Positions 61,658 to 64,000 of a stretch of DNA of 64,000 nucleotides are shown here, piece by piece. Location of the stretch: contig RSEE01000057.1 in assembly GCA_003971905.1 (NCBI GenBank), positions 62,001 to 126,000 on the forward strand, given 5' to 3'. Below the pieces are notes generated by a model. The model had not been told where the DNA came from, ran no database searches, and saw only the letters and a list, made by a program, of their open reading frames with translations. Origin of the DNA: Moniliella sp. 'wahieum'. Its lineage: Eukaryota. Numbering within the stretch: position 1 is the first letter of the stretch; each line of letters begins with the position of its first letter. A program made the translations under genes and the position numbers.

Positions 61658-63382
61658 ATGGCTTCCTACCCCCCCAAAGCCGCCGACGCCAAGCGGGGCC
61701 CTCTCGACCCCACCGAGTCCCACGACTGGACCGCCTCCAACTCCACCGTCTACCTCCCCGCCTCCAGCCAGCCAGCAGCAGCTCGTCCCCGACGCAGCAG
61801 GCTACCATGACCGCAGCAGCCTCTATGCCTCCCCCGCCGCCCTTGCCGCCTCGCACGAAAAGACCCGGACCCCCGCCGCATCCCACCGAAAACAGTGGGC
61901 GCTTGTCGCTGCCGCCATCGCCGTCGCCGCCGTTGTGGCGCTCGCGGTCGGGCTGGGCGTCGGGCTCACCCACCACAAGTCCCACCCCAACAGCAGTACC
62001 GCCCTCCCGCCCACCCCGTCCCACAAGGGCTCCCCACCGCTCGACAGCAGCGGCAACGATCCGCGCAACATCACCCCTCTTCCCTTTGGGACTGGGCCGA
62101 CAGCAGCAAGTCTGCCCTCGGTGTCAGTCTAGGTGGCTGGTTGGTTCTCGAGCGGTGGATAGACGAGGACTGGTTTACCAAGTACGCCCCCAACGATTAT
62201 GATGAATGGCACTTTACCCAGACCGTCGGTGCGCAGGCGAGCGAGGTGTTGACGGAGCGCTACGACCAGTGGGTTTCGGAGGAGGAGATTGAGACACTGT
62301 ATCAGCATGGCATCAACAATGTTCGTGTGCCCATTCCCTTTTGGTCCTTCATCCCCGTCGTGGACGGCGAGCCGTACGTCAACTCGACCCAGCTTGAGCA
62401 CCTCACCCGTTTGCTCGGTTGGCTGTGGAAGCGGCAGATGTACGCGATGCTGGATCTGCATGCCATGCCCTCTCAGGTACGTCCGATCCCCTCTCCCTAC
62501 TCCCTTCTTTCTGCGTCTTTCCAAACGCCCCAAAATTCTTCTGACCTTTTTCCCTCTGTCCAGTCGGGCGATCAATCCACCGGACTCAACACCACCACAC
62601 CTGCTTGGTGGACCCCAGAGAATCAAAACCGATGTGATGCGACGGTGCAAGCGGTAGTGGACTGGCTGTCGTACAACCCGTACAAATCCGTCGTCAGTGC
62701 CATCTCGCCCGTCAACGAGCCCAATGGCGCTACCTTTGCCCAGCAGGGCAACAATCTCAACGTGACCGAAGCATTTTACGAGCGGTCGTATGCGACGTTG
62801 CAAAAAGCCGGGTTCAGTATGTTTTTCCACCACGGGTTTGCCTCGGACCCAGCGTCGTACTGGAAGCCCTTTGCGACGGGGAAGAACGCGTCGATGTTGG
62901 TGATCAACGACAACCCCTACCCTGGCTGGTTCCCCTCGGTAGACAACAGCACGACGATCAACCGGCGCGTGTGCAAGAAAGTGACCGACTTTGATGGTTT
63001 CCCCGTGCCGATGGCCAAGACCGAGTGGTCGCTCATCTCAGGTGTGACCGATCCCAGCTGGCCGGCGCAGTACTATTCGACGCAAGCTTCGGCCTATGGC
63101 GCTAGTGCCGGCTCGTTCTTTTGGAACTTTAAAATGATGAACGCTACCACGCCGGTACTTGCCTTGCCCAACGCGTCCCAAACGCTCTACTCGTTCCTGG
63201 ACCAAGTCCAAGCTGGCGCGGTGCCTGCCAAGCCAACCGGCCAATCCGTTGAAGCGTACCTCGCTACCCTTCCCCCGCCCGCATGTGGCACTTTGGCCGA
63301 CACGTACTCGGCCTCGGGTTCGCCTTCGGCCGCAGGACAACGACGTAAATCCCATGCACGTCGGACCCGGCGTCCGCTGTAA
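61658..63382 (+). CDS. GH5 exo-beta-1,3-glucanase-like enzyme with N-terminal membrane anchor
   Basis: TM WALVAAAIAVAAVVALAVGLGVGL; GVSLGGWLVLERWI, GINNVRVPIPFW, MLDLH, catalytic VNEP and TEWS, GSFFWNFK; intron 62477-62563. Confidence 0.9.
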
Positions 63383-63529
63383 CTTGATGTATCGTTTGAG
63401 TACCCTGATTCCTGATCCGCATAATGGTCGGTCCAGTTTCCCCCTCCCCCTATCCCCCCAGGCTGTGCCAGGCTGAGCAACTCTGAAGTGCATCCGGCCT
63501 GTTCTGTATGGTCTTCCTGCTCGTTTCCC

Positions 63530-63655
63530 TTCCACCTCCATCTTCACCTTCCCCACCATCTCTGCTTTCATTTCCACTCCCACCTTTACCTTTACCTCCA
63601 CCTCCACCTCCACCTCCACCTCCACCTCTATCCCCATCCCATTCCTATCCCCATC
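63530..63655. repeat. Pyrimidine-rich (CCACCT)n-type hexamer repeat
   Basis: Directly visible downstream of the GH5 gene. Confidence 0.85.
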
Positions 63656-64000
63656 TCCTCACTTGTGCTGCGTTCGAGTTACTGTTTACTTTGTTTTTTG
63701 CGTACGTTTTGCTTGTTTCATGGATTGGTTAAGTTGTACTTGAGCTGGGCTCTTTTCTTGCGCTTATTGGCTTTTGCATCAGCGCATCAGCTGGCACATG
63801 GCATGATTGTAATGCTTGCGCTGACATCGGCTGCATAGTAGGGAGCGAGCACGCTCTCCAATCTTAATCAACCACTAGTTACTAGTTACTATTACTTCGC
63901 TGGTCACTGTAGTCGGTAACTGTCACCGATCAATAGACACTAGTCACTAGTACAAGTAGGTGGTGCACTGCCGGGGAGATCTGAGATCTGAGATGTGCAC

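Noticed and set aside
2512..63838. Hundreds of overlapping short or antisense ORFs
   Set aside because: Expected shadow frames of GC-rich coding DNA and microsatellites; no independent motifs
63870..64000. ACTAGT-rich palindromic repeats at the window end
   Set aside because: Low-complexity intergenic sequence truncated by the window; no assignable structure

Overview
Eukaryotic, GC-rich fungal DNA, most likely a basidiomycete (short GTRCGT..CTRAC..YAG introns). The assembly appears unpolished: nearly every conserved gene is broken by single-base indels, so most CDS calls are stitched across frames and their ends are approximate. Conserved genes from left to right: cullin-3 (+), TOR kinase (-), an orphan with a hydrophobic C-terminus (+), SPX-EXS Syg1/XPR1-like protein (+), intron-containing tRNA-Ser(CGA) (-), Hsv2/WIPI3-4-like PROPPIN (-), class I CPD photolyase (-), acetoacetyl-CoA synthetase (+), Rax2-like surface protein with a C-terminal SH3 (+) and a membrane-anchored GH5 glucanase (+). 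Mobile DNA: the intact 3' half of a Ty1/copia element with its 3' LTR (1-2400), a 2-kb gag-RNaseH copia deletion derivative with a flipped 5' LTR next to the tRNA, and back-to-back gag relics (33.2-36.4 kb). Two things stand out, neither annotated as a unit by the ORF track. (1) An intronless, bacterial YjaB-type GNAT acetyltransferase at 31828-32475, an HGT candidate. (2) A 13.9-kb block bracketed by diverged ~400-bp direct repeats (38.7 and 52.2 kb) holding the AACS gene plus an AT-richer, ORF-poor zone. In that zone I can read remnants of a CxC2-KDZ transposase and a convergent TET/JBP-like 2OG-Fe(II) dioxygenase, suggesting a fossil KDZ transposon module. All family assignments come from motif recall, not searches.
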